From the human T2T-CHM13v2.0 reference genome, Homo sapiens, in assembly GCF_009914755.1 (NCBI RefSeq), contig NC_060927.1: a stretch of DNA of 64,000 nt; one strand, given 5' to 3'. Each line of letters begins with the position of its first letter. Positions within the stretch are counted from its first letter, which is position 1. Of this stretch, positions 14,860-29,603 are shown one piece after another. The position numbers and the translations under genes are program-made. The notes under the pieces were generated by a model. It was not told the DNA's origin and did not search any database. It saw only the letters and a program-made list of their open reading frames with translations.

Positions 14860-15400
14860 CCTTCAGTATTCATTCATCAGCTATTTCTTGTAGCCAACTG
14901 TATGCCAAGCACTGTGCTAGGCACTGAGGCTGACCTGATTAGAGAATACCTGTGTGGCCTTGGTCTTTGTGGACATCACAGGCTATTGGGGGAATAGAAG
15001 TTTATCATGTAAATGTGCCAATGGACATATGATTCAACATGTGTGAGGTCTAGTGAGGGAAAAAGACATTGATTGCTTTGAGAGCATGTGATGAGGGTCA
15101 GGTCCAGGTTTGGGGGAGTCAAGAAAGGCTCTCTGGGAGAAGACAGGATTCAGCTGAAGTTAACTAGAGTGGAAATTACAGGCTGAGCAGAGGAGATTCT
15201 CAGCTACTAGCAATAGCATGAGCAATGGCCCCAAGCAGGAGAACTGAGTGCTCAAGGACCAGAGAGAAAGCCCTCAGGGCGCAAGCTAGAGCATTGACTT
15301 CACTAGACCACAAAAAGAGCCTTGAAGGCCATCAGCCCTAGACTTTTCTTGGGGAGCCAATGAAAAACTGGCAGAGCAAGGGGACTAACTTGGTTGGCAT
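14860..15400. mobile_element. L2 fragment (similar L2 pieces near 27090-27160, 38330-38930, 39520-39780, 53760-54300)
   Basis: attcattcatcagctatttctt...tatgccaagcactgtgctaggcactg, L2 3' end signature. Confidence 0.55.
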
Positions 15401-17533
15401 TTTGAGCAGATAAGGAGCACTACCGAGAGAGTTGAGCTGGAGAGAAGTAGGGGAGGACACATGGGCACCCCTTTGGCAAAAAGAGGAGAGATGGTGGTAG
15501 CTGGGACCTCGGGAAAAATGATATCTTTCTATTACCAAGATTGTAAGGATTTTATCTTCTTATATAGGAGGAAGGGAGTTTGTTTCAGGCTCTGGGAGCA
15601 TGCATTTGAACCAACTTGGTGACTCATGAAAATAACGCTTCTGGAGGGTGAAAGCAGGTCAGAAGGGGCTTTAGAAATGCTGCTCACTATCAGGTTTATA
15701 GAAACACTGTTATTGTTTTGATACTGGCAATTTTTCTGAGCTCACTTTTTGCTGCTTTTCTCATTTGATATTTTCTCCTGTCGTCTTTATTTCTTGTTTT
15801 ATGTGTGTTATGTGAGTGTATTGAATGGGCTTTCTGCTTTCTTCTGGTTCTGTTTTAATTTTGGAGAGCTGGACAAGGGCATGATTATGATGATCAGCTC
15901 ATGTGTATGTTTTGCCATGTGTTATCTCTGCAAATACAACTGGCTGCTTTCCATTGTAAATGTTAATTTTGCAGCCATATTGTAAAACCTGTAAATCCAT
16001 AGATTGAACTTCTTGGGGGATTTCGTTAGTGTATTTCTGCAAACAGTCCATTGATGTCTAATACATAAAAATGACAGTCAGCATTTATATAGTATCACAT
16101 TATTCTCTCCACCCTCAGAGTTTCAGGACAGATTGATGACCAGGCTGAAACCTGATTATAATTATCCAAATAAAAGAACAAATTAGGTGGATGGTTCCTA
16201 GCTGCATTGGGCTTTAATGCCAAACACATTTTATACTCAGTTATAATTTGCAGTTCCAAAGACCTCCCATTTAGGTTTCATTTGTAGTACAGAAGGATTT
16301 TTAAATGTACACAGTTTACTAGCCCATCTTAGAAACATGAAGCAAAAATCCGCCCATCTTAAAAGTGAAATTATGGGCCAAGCTGGCTTAAGTTGACAAC
16401 ATTAGCAACCCACTGTCAGAAACACAAAGACACCCCCAGCCAGCCATTACTATTACGCGCTTAAGCAAAGGGCAAACTCAGAGTTTCTTTGGAACCGATT
16501 GCCTTTGTTCCACTTAGTATCATAAAGGAGATATTGGCTGTAAAACCTAATGGTATAAGATAGGCTTGGTAAAGGACGCCCTTTTCAGTTCCTTCAGATC
16601 TTGCTCATGTAATCTTCCAGCTGAGAAGTGAGAATGTGACTCCTATTAAATGCAGTTCAGGATGTTCTGCCAAAGGCGATATTACTCCAGACCTGTGTCC
16701 GTTCCAGCAAATGAAAACCTAAATAAGTCCCACAACAGCACCGAGTGTTCTCTAAAGGACTGTGGTCTGACATTTTCACGTAAAATAAACTAACACTCAT
16801 AAGTAATGGTGCATTTTCAACATGCTCGTGTGACAGGTATATGAACGCGATTGGTGGTGGGGGGCATATTTTTGGGGGCAAGAGAGGACTCCTCATTCAC
16901 CCTTCCCCAAGTTAGAAAATGCCATAGCATAGTAGGAATGCGTTCAAAAAACAAATTTCTAGATGATATCCTGCATATGAAATAAACTCCAGTCTTTTGT
17001 ACCATCTGTATCTAGCATACTTATAAAATAGAACAAAGTGTGCATTTTTAATAAAGAAGCATGGTGTTGATTTTCTTCTTCAGTCCTCTTCTTCTTTTCT
17101 ATTATTTTATAAGGTACACAAAGTATATTATTTGTTTTTAGGAATATTTTAGTGGGGCAACAAGCATGGCCAAACATTATCTCGTGAAGCACTTTTTAGA
17201 AGAGGAAGCATTTGAGATTCTCAAAAGCACTTTCAGTGAAATGTTTTTAAATGCACATTATGATGTTAAGAAATTAACTTGAGTTATTAAAGCGGCAAGT
17301 ATGTTAGACTAATAACTACTACCATCATGCTTTCCCAGGTTTGAAGAGCTGCTATCACAGAGATTTAATAATTCTAATTCGAGGTTATCTTCATTAAGAA
17401 TACTAAGCTTTAGAATGATTGCATGACTGATAAAAGAATTAGAAAAAATAGTTTAATATCAATTTACTCTTCTATAGGGCTTGACAATTTATCAAGTGCC
17501 TTTACCTATATTACATGATTTGATCTTTAAGAC

Positions 17534-17849
17534 CAGTACAAGCCCTCCATATCCTTGGGTTCTAGATTTATAAATTCAGCCCAGGAATTGAAATTATTTG
17601 AAAAAAAATAAAAAAAAATACAACAATATGAAATCATACAAATGAAAAAATAATACCATGGTTTGCATATCACTTACATTGTATTAGGTATTATAAGTAA
17701 TCTAGAGATGAGTTAAAGTAAGCAAGAAGATGAGTATAGGCTGTATGGAAATACTACACCATTTTATATAAGGGACTTATGCATCTGTGGATTTGGGTAT
17801 CTGTGGGGTTCCTAGAACCAATCACCTGTGGATACTGGGGATAACTGTG
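17534..17849. mobile_element. MER2 (Tigger-derived)
   Basis: gccctccatatccttgggttc...gtattaggtattataagtaatctagagatg...gaaccaatcacctgtggatactggggataactg. Confidence 0.8.
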
Positions 17850-19129
17850 GGCAAATAAGGCATTGTCAATTTTATCCCACCCTCCACCTTGGCCCCAGCT
17901 TTTATTCTGGCCATTAAAAAAAACAGAGTTGGGGGAAAAGATCAGAGGTTAAGTAACTTGCCCAAGGTCACATGGCTGGAACTGGCACCCAGACCCTGTA
18001 GCTTTTATTTCTGTATTCTTTATTGCCTTCCAGGAAACCTGGTTTTTCTGTAGTAGTTGGCCTTTTCTTAGGTTTTATGAGTGGACAGGTTCTGTGAATA
18101 TTCTAGAAGACATGCTAAGTATGTTTATATTTTCTCTCAGAAAGCTAGCAGAGTCTGGTATCTTCCAACCTTTCATACTTAACATCTCCTTGTTAACAGA
18201 TGGTAGAACTGAAGGGAATGCATAAACTTGAAGGGTTGTGGTCACAGAATATGTTCTGACTCCAGATATAGGGGTGTGAAGTGTAGGATGTTTTAGAAAC
18301 AAAAGGCATATCGTAGTGCCACTAGACAGACACATTGTGAGATGATGCATTTTTGTTGTAATTTAGAATTTAGAGTTGTTTGAAACAGGACGTATCCCTG
18401 ATGCCCACCTGCCTACACATATAGTTGCATTTCTTATTTGCTCTTGAAATTCCCATGTTTAGGAATTTTCACCACTGGCACTAAAAGTGGGGCTCTTGTC
18501 CAGGATTTGATGGTATGAGGAAGATTTGCCTGAATTTGTGACTCAGAGTAAAGCAATAAAATCCAGAGGTCCAGTAGTTGAAGATTCTCATAACCATCTA
18601 TTTCTGCCTCACCATTAATTCTGGTGTAAGCAAGCCCTTACTGTGGAATGTCATTTTTTGATTCCTTACTAACCGTCGCTACTTCCTAGTCTTTCAAAAT
18701 GGTATTTTAGGCCTGAAAATTAATTCTAAGAAAATAGTTCAAATACTAGAAAAGTTGTGGCCGCAAAAGTGTTGATTCCACTCTTATGATAGTGAAAATT
18801 GTTAGGAAAAAAACACAAATGCCCAACATTTTGGAAATTATTAAATAAATTAGGTCCATCCTGAAGTTGGAATTATATGACCATTAAAAATTACGCTTTA
18901 TGTTCTTACACAGAAAGGTGGATGGAAAAAAAAAGAAAAAACTTATGTTTTATAGAGACTTTTAATGACATGAGCCATGTTATTAATTAATACTGTTATT
19001 GATAAAATGTTAATACCATAAGCAAACACTGCAATTAAGAATAGCAAACACGTATATGGTTCTTATTACAAGGCACTCATCAAAGCATTTAATATATATA
19101 TCAAGTGACTTTGAGGTAAGTAGTCATAG

Positions 19130-19414
<285 letters not shown>

Positions 19415-21566
19415 GATAAATCTTTTAATAATGTAATTTTTAGATGAGGAAACTGGAATCTAGCTAGTAGGTCACATACCTAATAAGTGGAGGAGCAGGA
19501 ATTTGAACCCCCGAACTCAGCCACAACTGCTGTTTACCCCAAATAAGGTCCACAAATCATGACACAAAATGTGTTTTTGTGTATGAAAAATTTAGAAGGG
19601 TCTATGACCCAATTCTCAGCTCTGGTGACCTGTGTGGTGGGAATTGGGGTGACTTGTTCCTGTTCTAGTCTTTTCTATATCTTAAACAGAAAACCGACAC
19701 TTTGGTTATTACAACATAATGCAATTTTAAGTAAATAAGCAGGAGCCGTCTTTACCCTCCTGGGATTTCCTTGTGGCCGAATGAAAACCCACCCCTACGC
19801 TGTCATTTTATGTCTTTCAGTTTCTGTGCAGTCAGACCACAGAGAGGGGCTTTCTTCACCATGGATTTGGCATCCCTTCAGTTAGAGAGTGGATCTGGAC
19901 ATATGCCAGATTTGCCTGGATGTTTTTCTGCTTTCCAATCATAAGCCAAAAAAACAAAAAAACAAAAACAAGAAGCACACAGGAATGTATGATTTGAATT
20001 CTGGATCTCTCAGTTCCCATCTCTTAATTTTTTAGTTGTTTGGCTAAATGCTTGGGCATTTTAGCCATGGAATAAATACTAGTAAAGACTTTATGGAATA
20101 CGTAGCAGGAAGCATTTTTAAATGGTGCACTGTTTCCACTGAGCTGTGGACAGATGGGTTGTTTATAGGCTGTTTCATATCCAGCCTCCTTTTTTGTTTT
20201 GTTTCGTTTTATTTTGTTTTGGTCTTTTGCTGGTGAGAAGTAGAACCACGCTTCTTTTGTTCTTTTTCTACCTCTCTGCTAAATCTTCTTTTATATGTAA
20301 TATTCTTTAAAGTATAATTTGCAATGATAAAGTGGCATCCAAAATGCTAAAGGAACATGTTAAGACATTTGAAGAATCTCTTTCTTCTAGAAATATGTAT
20401 GAAAATATTTGTTAATAATAAATGATTGAGGGTTTGCTTCAGCATAATTGGAGGAGTGTGAGGATGTAGACAGAAGAAGACTGGTCATGAAGCTGAGTGA
20501 TGGGTACGTAGGAGTTCATTACACTTATTCTTTCTACTTTTGTTTATGTTGAACAGTTATCACACAAAAAATGAAGCAGCCACTTAACTAGTATCTCAGC
20601 AATTCTATTGCATCACGAGATGCAGCAAATTTAGTTTGAAAGGGTAATTTTCAGGAAAGAAAACTTCAACATAGAACTTCAGTCTGTAAAAACCAAAACC
20701 AACAATTGAAATATGGAAAATTCCGACAGGCCATCACATTGTGTGCATACGGAATCTATACCATGCCAAAGAATAACTGATTGTTCATTTCAACTTAACT
20801 TTATGATAATATTATTAATCAGTTTTGATATGTTTAATTATGGCTTTTGAGCTTTAAGCCCTTTATAAACACTTCACTGTCTTACCCTTTACTACTACAC
20901 AAGTATCTGAAATGTTCACTTTGACTGCAGACTCTCAGCCTTCCAGGCCATCCTGCAGTCTCCCTTGATGCTAACTAGGAGCACTTTTCTTTCATCGTTA
21001 TCCTCATGTAGAATTTGGCAGTGGCCTCCAGTGGCCTGTGAATAAAATCCAGATGTTTTAGTTTGGCCCAAACCTACCCCTGCTGATTGATTTCTTCTCC
21101 TGTGAACCACTTCCTGGGAATGGAACCACATAGAGCAAAAATAATGAACTATTTAAAAACTCTTGATACTTATTTCCAAAGTCTTCAAAAACAGTTGTAC
21201 CAATTTGCACTCCCGTCAAATATGTAACTCTGCCCATTTTGCCGTACACAAATAAACAGCAGGCATTATTATCTTTCAAAATCTCTCCTGATGTAAGCCA
21301 AAGAAAAAGTATCTCTTTCTTTTTTTAAGTTATCATTGAGAATGGACTTTTTTTTCCTACTTTGATTGGCATTCCTTCTTTCCTATTTAAAATGTATTTG
21401 CTCGTATCTTCCCCTATTGTTATCGTATTCCTTAGTAATATTTTGGTAGCAGGATAGAGGCTCATTGTGTGTTCTCACATGTAAACTTCCTGAGGGGGTC
21501 TTGTTTCTTATCCATTTTTGCATCTTTAGTGCCTGGTCTAGAGCTTAGCACAGCGTGGATACTTAA

Positions 21567-21922
<356 letters not shown>

Positions 21923-24900
21923 TAGACACCTTTCTTTGAAAAATGAAAATGAACAGAGTGGTGTCCATTTTGAGTGGGTATTTCTATAATACTGGTTGCT
22001 AGGAAATCTGTTTTTTTTTCTCCTCTGCAGAATAAATCATCACTACTCTCTGCCGGTGACCCCTGGAGAGGTCTGAGAGGTCAGTGGCTACAACACAGGA
22101 ATAAATGTCCTTCTGATTTGTAAGCTTTGTTCCCCATATCAGGAGCATTGGTTAGGAAAAAGAAGTGTATTGTGCTGAAATCTAAAAGTTGCTCATATTA
22201 CAGGGCACCTACCAGTAATTTCTCATGCCATCATCTAAAGTGAAGACTTAGTATTGTTAACAAGTTTTGAAAAGGCATTTTTTAGCTTGTTCCTCTAGAT
22301 TATTTAGTGCATTTTCCCCCACTGGTACTAAAAATCAGAAGTTAAATCACAAGTCTTTCTGTTATATCCTACCAGCCCATCTTTTATGACATCCTGCTTC
22401 TCTTCTTTTCTTCCTGTAAAAGAAGATTTTTGAACCTATAAAATCACTTTTTAAAATAGACATTTTTTCCTAACCCTCAGCTGTTCCTCATCAAGTTTTT
22501 TTTTTATTTTATTTTGTGTTTCCAGCTATTGGAACATTCAACCTCAAGACTGTGATCTTTCTGTGGCATGCTTGGACTCATAGCACGCGGAAAGGAAGCC
22601 TGTCTTGTGCATTGTTCTAGGACAAAGTCCATTAAGTGAAGGTCTTAATAAAATATTGAAGGTCTTAATGAAATACTCTCAACCCTCACCAGCTCCCCAC
22701 CAGTGCTAAGCAGGGTTTTGCCTTCTCCTCCCACATGTCTAACTAGAATTCTTCTAAAGGAATAAACTAAGAGCAAAATAAAAGTTATCCATCTCCAGCG
22801 CCTGGGATTCCGGTCTCACGGTTTTTAAACCTTTTTCCTGTTTCCATAGTCTGAGATGTGCCTAGAAAGGCCAGCCCTAGAAAGGAATACATAATTATCT
22901 TCTAGTTTGCTCCATCTCCTTGGTTCCCATGAAGAAATTTCAAGCCTATGATGCCTTCTCCTACAGATAGATCCTCTTTTCATTCTGATGTCATTTTGTG
23001 ACAGTTGGTGAATAAAAGCAGCAAGCCCAGGCCAGGTGGCAGAGTATCTGTGTCTGCATTTTGATGACACCTGTCATCAGAGAATCTAGGCACACAGGCT
23101 GGGGCAGCATCCATGGACGAGGCAGAGGAAGTGGGTAGCCTAGAAACTCCACCAGCTGAGGAGTTGTTTCGTGGTCTCAACAGCTTGTAGAGTGTTGATG
23201 TAATTTTGCAGGTAGACCCAAACCTTTAAGCAACTTGCATTTTACCAAGAGTTGCTCATCATTTCAACCTCTCACTCGCTATTCTCACCATCAGATGCAG
23301 AATCCTGTTGCAATAAAATCATAAATGAAATAAAAGCACAGTCAAAACTGTGCCATCCCTCTGATTAACCAATGTTGTTAGCTCAGGGTCTAGAGTATTA
23401 GGTATATTTTTGTTACTTTATGGAGCCTAAGCTTGCTGCTACATGGGAGGGAGCTCTACTTGCTTTACTTCCTGCCAAAACACAAGATGCACTTTATGAC
23501 AATACTGATTTGGAACCTTCTAGGGATTTTTTTGTTTTAATTGCCAATGGCAGAAGGACACTATTATGGTACTATTTTATACAACTCATGGACTCAGGCA
23601 CAGTGTCATGGTGAAATGATTGTATATAGCCCTGCTGGCCTTCCATCTCATACTCCTTCCATGATTTGTGGTTATTGTCTTCTTTTGCTTTGTTTTGTCA
23701 GCCAAATATGAGATTTGAGCATGAAATCGTATAGTTTTAGAAATTCCAGAATACTTCTTTAATCCCTGAAAGTCAGTACAATTCTACCTAAGGACTTTCA
23801 GCCCTTTGCCTTGTTATCTGAAAATTGTCTTTCTCTGGATAATTATCTTGACTTTATTTATTTGCTCATTCAGTTATCCACTTAGTAAATTATGATGAAG
23901 TACCTTGTATGCAACAGGCAGTAATAGGCTATTTCGTAGCAATTTCAGTGTCCAGTGGAGAAATGTAGACTAGTATTTGTGTTTACGCCAGTTGAGGACC
24001 TTTTTAAATAGTGGACTTGAGCTTAACTCTCTGCTTCTTCTTGCTTTTGATGAGGAACAGAATTCACTTACACATTTCACTGGGAAAAGACCTTCCCATG
24101 TGCATTACTACTAGCGGGAACAAAAGCTGGAATTGATGGTCTGCAAGGTCATATGTCATCATATGTCAAAAACTTCAGAGCTTTGCAGATTTTTTTAACC
24201 TTGCATTATGCTGGGATTATTGCATTGTTCTAGAACTATTGCATTGAAAAAAGCCTAGAAGTGTAGTAATCAAAACAATAACATTGCTTATATCTAGGTA
24301 ATAGGATACATTTTTATTTTTAGTTTGCCTATTCATCTTTCCTAATTTCTTTGCAGTTTATTATACAATAAAGAAATCATCATTACTTAAACAATATAGT
24401 TCAGGCAAGAAACGCCTCAGTTAAAGAACTGTGGTCATTTTGGAATGGTGAATTGCTGTATTTTTTATTAATGGATCTGGAAACTTCATTGCTATAGCGT
24501 GATGTTGGGGGAATGAAACAGTTGTTCATAGATATTTATGCATGGAGCTACACAAAGACAAATAACATGTTTTAGTCATTGTCAGTGGGAAAATTGGTTG
24601 TATTTCCAGGGCATCCGTATTAGCAGGAGTAGCCAAATAGCTATATTAATGTTCTGGTGTGTGATCTGAGTTAATTACTGCCATAGTTTTGTTAGACTTC
24701 GACATGATTTCTTTTCCAGCAAATAAAACTTGAGAAAATTCAAGATTGGTATTAATTATGTTGCTCCAAGTGAATTTCTAATGTAGACAACTAAAATCAA
24801 CAACTGTGAAGCCATACTGTCAATAGGAGAGTGAAGATCTCCTAGCATAGACATAGCATAGAAAAACCTCATTTTGATTTTCACCTCCTTTCAGATAAGA

Positions 24901-25854
24901 TTAGTTTACTTGTCTAGAGAGGCATTTAAGAATAGAAGGTTTCCTGAAGACTTTCTGGAGGAGAGGCTGATGGAATTGCCTCTGGGTGCGTAAGAAATTA
25001 GCTTAAAGGGAACATATGCTAGAGCCACAATATGGGTGGATTTGGTATTATTCAGTCTGGGCAGTTGAGGTTCTACAAATCACAGATTCTATAGTTTTTA
25101 GAGATACCATGGAGTCTTTGAGGTATAATTTGTGAATCAGGAGCTAGTCAGTTGCCCAACATTCATATGTCAACGTAGATCTCTTGGTGTCTTCTCAAGG
25201 TCATTAAATCATTCACTTAATAAGCGTTTAATGAACATTCCACTATGTGCCTAGGGAACAACAATGAATATGACAGATGCAAGCTATGCTTTAAGGATGT
25301 CTGGTAGGATTAGTTTTGTAGAAACATTAACACATTTAGAGATTTTTTCTGCTTTATAAATATCAAGACTGTATCACAGTAACTGATCTTTATAGTCATC
25401 ATCTAGAAATGAAGTTCCTAAATTTTATTTTCATGGTGACCTTACTAATCTATATATGTGTGTCTCCCAGATAAAACTTTTATCTATAGCAAAACTGAAA
25501 AGAAGGTGATATGGGCAGATTTTCTAAATCTATATAGTTTTGCCATCATGGAAACAGAGGTAGAAGAACCTAGAGAAGGTTGGGGAGGGCATCACCAATT
25601 CACAGTGAGTGAACGTTCTTTGTTACTGGACTCTAACATCACAGTTGGGTAGCACCTTTGTGGTACATCTCAGCAGACACCATACACTAAGCAGGGCAAT
25701 GCTGAAAGTCATAACTCAGGAAAGTGAGATCAGAGTGCGGGATCTCTTGTCAGATATCCAACAGCTAAATGTTGTCTGTCCTGGGGCATTAATAGATAAT
25801 TGTCTTATAGTCCTAGTCCTGAATTTTTTTGGTCCCCTGCAAACTCTTAAAGGC

Positions 25855-26052
25855 TTTTTTTTTTTTTTTGGCTTGATCTCACTCTGTTGCCCAGGCTGGG
25901 ATGCAGTGACGCAATCACGGTTCACCGCAGCCTTGACATCCCCCAGGTTCTAGCAGTCCTCCCACACCAGCCTCCCCAGTAGCTGGGACTACGGGCATGT
26001 GCCACCACGCCTTGCTAACTTTTGTATGTTTTGTAGAGATGGGGTTTCACCA
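25855..26052 (-). mobile_element. Partial old Alu (AluJ/FRAM, right arm)
   Basis: T-tract plus right monomer and a short left-arm remnant. Confidence 0.8.
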
Positions 26053-27393
26053 AGCCCTCTTGATATCTTTGGTGAAACTATACATACCTCTAGGAACAGA
26101 AACAGCAGTCTTGTGTTTCATCTGGCCTGGCTTCCTCTGATGGAAGTCATATACCTAAGAGTATTTTAATTGTATCTATTTCCACAGCACTGAGTATCTT
26201 TGGGTGTATGACTTATATCCAGTCTCCTTTCTAAGGAATCATATGGTTTCCATAGGAAGAATATAATGATCGATATTAATACGGGAACCTTATTGAAGAG
26301 GAAAATGATAACTGCCTTTTCTGGATTACCTTCACTGGCAATATAAGTGTCAGGCTACTCTCAGCATTAAGAACTTGATTTCCTATTTTGAACCAGGATC
26401 TCTCTCACCTGTAAGTTAGAGGTGTTCCAATTAAGAGAAATGTGAAACAGTTATAGAAATAGAAACGACAGTCATATGGTTGGTTATATCTCACTTTTCA
26501 CAGTTGGCATCCCTGTTGAGAATTATGTTTCCATCCAAATCTTGTCACTAGAATCAGATTCGTAGTTACATCATGGGAGCCAACTGTTCCAGTGATCTAT
26601 ATGGCAAATCACTCATACCATGAAGCATACTTCTATAATATGATTAGTCACCTCCTAATTTGAGATTTTTGTTTCCCCAAGTTTTCATTAAAAGGAAGCT
26701 TCTGGGCTATTAAAGATGCATTGATATGCCTACAGCATGATAGATGCACATGAAATACTCCTATAACAGATAACACAAAGAAGATAGCTTTTTATAACTC
26801 AAACAAAATGTTTCTAAGTCCCAGGCAATAACCTGCTAACTTGAAGACATGTTTATTTCTGCTATAAATACCAGTGTATAAAATGGGTTAAGACCCCTCT
26901 GGAGATTTTTTTCCATGTGAATTGAATTTTGAATAATATATGGTACGTACTAAAGTGAAAGTTTCTTAACTGATCTTGTAACAGAGAAAATGTACAAAAC
27001 ACATATTTTGGTGTCTGAATACTGATATTCTCTTCTCAAACTGGAAAACTAACCAGAGTCACGGTCAAAGATAAAACAGTAAAAACTCATATTTGTTTAT
27101 TCATCCATTCATTCATTACATGTTTATTGAGCACCTATTTGTGCTAGCCAATGTACTAACTACTTACTAAATTCCCATTCTTCTGTTACTGAGAGAAAAA
27201 GCTTTTAATCAATGCCTTATAGACTTTTTAGCATATGCTGATGATAAATCCGTGGAAATCTCTGCACTCTCACTCAGACTCTAATGGAAAGTATGCCAGT
27301 TAGTCATTTATTACCTCTCAGTTACAAGTTTGCCTTTTCTTGCCCAACTTTGTAATCTTGGTGTAGAACCCTGGAAACATTTCTCTCTCGCTC

Positions 27394-28910
27394 TTTTTTT
27401 TTTTTATTATTATTAAAGTTCTGGGTTACATGTGCAGAATGTGCAGGTTTGTTACATACGTATACACGTGCCCTGGTGGTTTGCTGCACCCATCAACCCG
27501 TCACCTACGTTAGATATTTCTCCCAATGTTATCCCTCCCCCAGCCCCCCACCCCGCAACAGGCCCCGGTGTGTGATATTTCCCCGCTGTATCCATGTGTC
27601 CTCATTGTTCAGCTCCCACTTATGAGTGAGAACATGCAGTGTTTGGTTTTCTGTCCTTGTGATAGTTTGCTGAGAATGATGGTTTCCAGCTTCATCCATG
27701 TCCCTGCAAAGGAGATGAACTCATCCTTTTTAATGGCTGCATAGTATTCCATGGTGTATATGTACCACATTTTCTAAATCCGTTCTATCATTGATGGACA
27801 TTTGGGTTGGTTCCAAGTCTTTGCTATTGTGAACAGTGCCTCAGTAAACATATGTGTGCATGTGTCTTTATTGTAGAATGATTTATAATCCTTTGAGTAT
27901 ATGCCCAGTAATGGGATTGCTGGGTTAAATGGTATTTCTAGTTCTAGACCCTTGAGGAATCACCACGCTGTCTTCCACAATGGTTGAACTAATTTACACT
28001 CCCTCCAACAGTGTAAAAGCGTTCCTATTTCTCCACATCCTCTCCAGCATCTTTTGTTTCCTGGCTTTGTAATGATCCCCATTCTAACTGGTGTGAGACG
28101 GTATCTCATTGTGGTTTTGATTTGCATTTCTCTAATGACCAGTGATGATGAGCTTTTTTCCATGTGTCTGTTGGCTGCTTAAATGTCTTTTGAGAAGTGT
28201 CTGTTCATATCCTTTGCCCATTTTTTGATGGGGTTGTTTTTTTCTTGTAAATTTGTTTAATTTCTTTGTAGATTCTAGATATTAGCCCTTTGTCAGATGG
28301 ATAGATTGCAAAAATTTTCTCCAATTCTGTAGGTTGCCTGTTCACCCTGATGATAGTTTCTTTTGCTGTACAGAAGCTCTTTAGTTTAATTAGATCCCAT
28401 TTGTCAATTTTGGCTTTTGTTGCCATTGCTTTTGATGTTTTAGACATGAAGTCTTTGCCAATGCCTATGTCCTGAATGGTATTGCCCAGGTTTTCTTCTA
28501 GGATTTTTATGGTCCTAGGTCTTACATTTAAGTCTTTGATCCATCTTGAGTTGATTTTTGTATAAGGTGTAAGGAAGGGGTCCAGTTTCAGTTCTCTGCA
28601 TGTGGCTAGCCAGTTTTCCCAACACCATTTATTAAATACGGAATCTTTTCCCCATTGCTTGTGTGTGTCAGGTTTGTCAAAGATCAGATGATTGTAGCTG
28701 TGTGGTGTTATTTCTGAGGCCTCTGTTCTGTTTTATTGGACTATATATCTGTTTTGGTACCAGTACCGTGCTGTTTTGGTTACTGTAGTCTTGCAGTGTA
28801 GTTTGAAGTCAGATAGCGTGATGCCTCCAGCTTTGTTCTTCTTGCCCAGGATTGTCTTGGTTATGCAGGCTCTTTTTTGGTTCCATATGAAGTTTAAAGT
28901 AGTTTTTTTC
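27394..28910 (-). mobile_element. 5'-truncated L1PA (about L1PA7/8): ORF2 C-terminus, 3'UTR, poly-A
   Basis: Peptides [21 protein letters not shown] and [18 protein letters not shown]...[16 protein letters not shown]1 3'UTR and T-tract at 27394. Confidence 0.93.
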
Positions 28911-28999
28911 CCACATTCCTCCTTTAATAGCTGGTGCAGCAGTGGGTTGTGCCTGTAGAGGACACTGGGGGCACTGCAGAGGGAAGTCAGAGGTGGGGC

Positions 29000-29603
29000 T
29001 TTCCCTCCTGCTCTCTTTGTTGCTTAAGGGCCCTGTAGGCAGCTGATCAGCAAGAGGGAGGCCCAACCAGTGCCACTCATCTCAGCAGCTCTCAAAACAG
29101 CTGCAGCCCACACCCTCCAGCAGATGTCTTTCTGGGCTGCTCCTTCTAATCTATGCTTTCTGGTAAATTTTTCCACAACCCAGTGAGTCACTCTTCTGGG
29201 TATGTGCTGGTCCGCTCTCACTCCACAGAGTTTCTTCATCACCTAGTGGGCCATTCCTATAAACCATCACCAGCACACCCTCTGGCAGTTTCTTTGCCAG
29301 AGGTTCCATGTTCCTGTGACATTCATGCCCTCTCAAGGTCTAAATATCAGCCTTTGCACAGAGGGCCCTCTTCTGAGTTCTTAGTTTCTTCCTTGTTCAG
29401 TAGCTCTCTCTCTATTCTAGAAATAATGGCTTTTTTTTTTTTTTTTTTTTTTGCAGTAGCTTTTCCTGTACCCCTTAGAGACCTCCCTCCCCATTTTTGG
29501 TAGTTACCTATCTTTTACTTGTCAGCAATTCTTTATATATTAAATTTTCCCTGCTCAAATTACTGACGTGGTTTCTGTCTCCTGACAGGACCCTAACTGA
29601 AAG
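29000..29603 (+). mobile_element. ERVL-type LTR (LTR40/41-like; left boundary uncertain)
   Basis: 3' end ttaaattttccctgctcaaattactgacgtggtttctgtctcctgacaggaccctaactgaaaga resembles ERVL LTR termini. Confidence 0.5.

Noticed and set aside
22637-22676. 20-bp tandem repeat tgaaggtcttaat(a/g)aaata x2
   Set aside because: Ordinary short slippage duplication.
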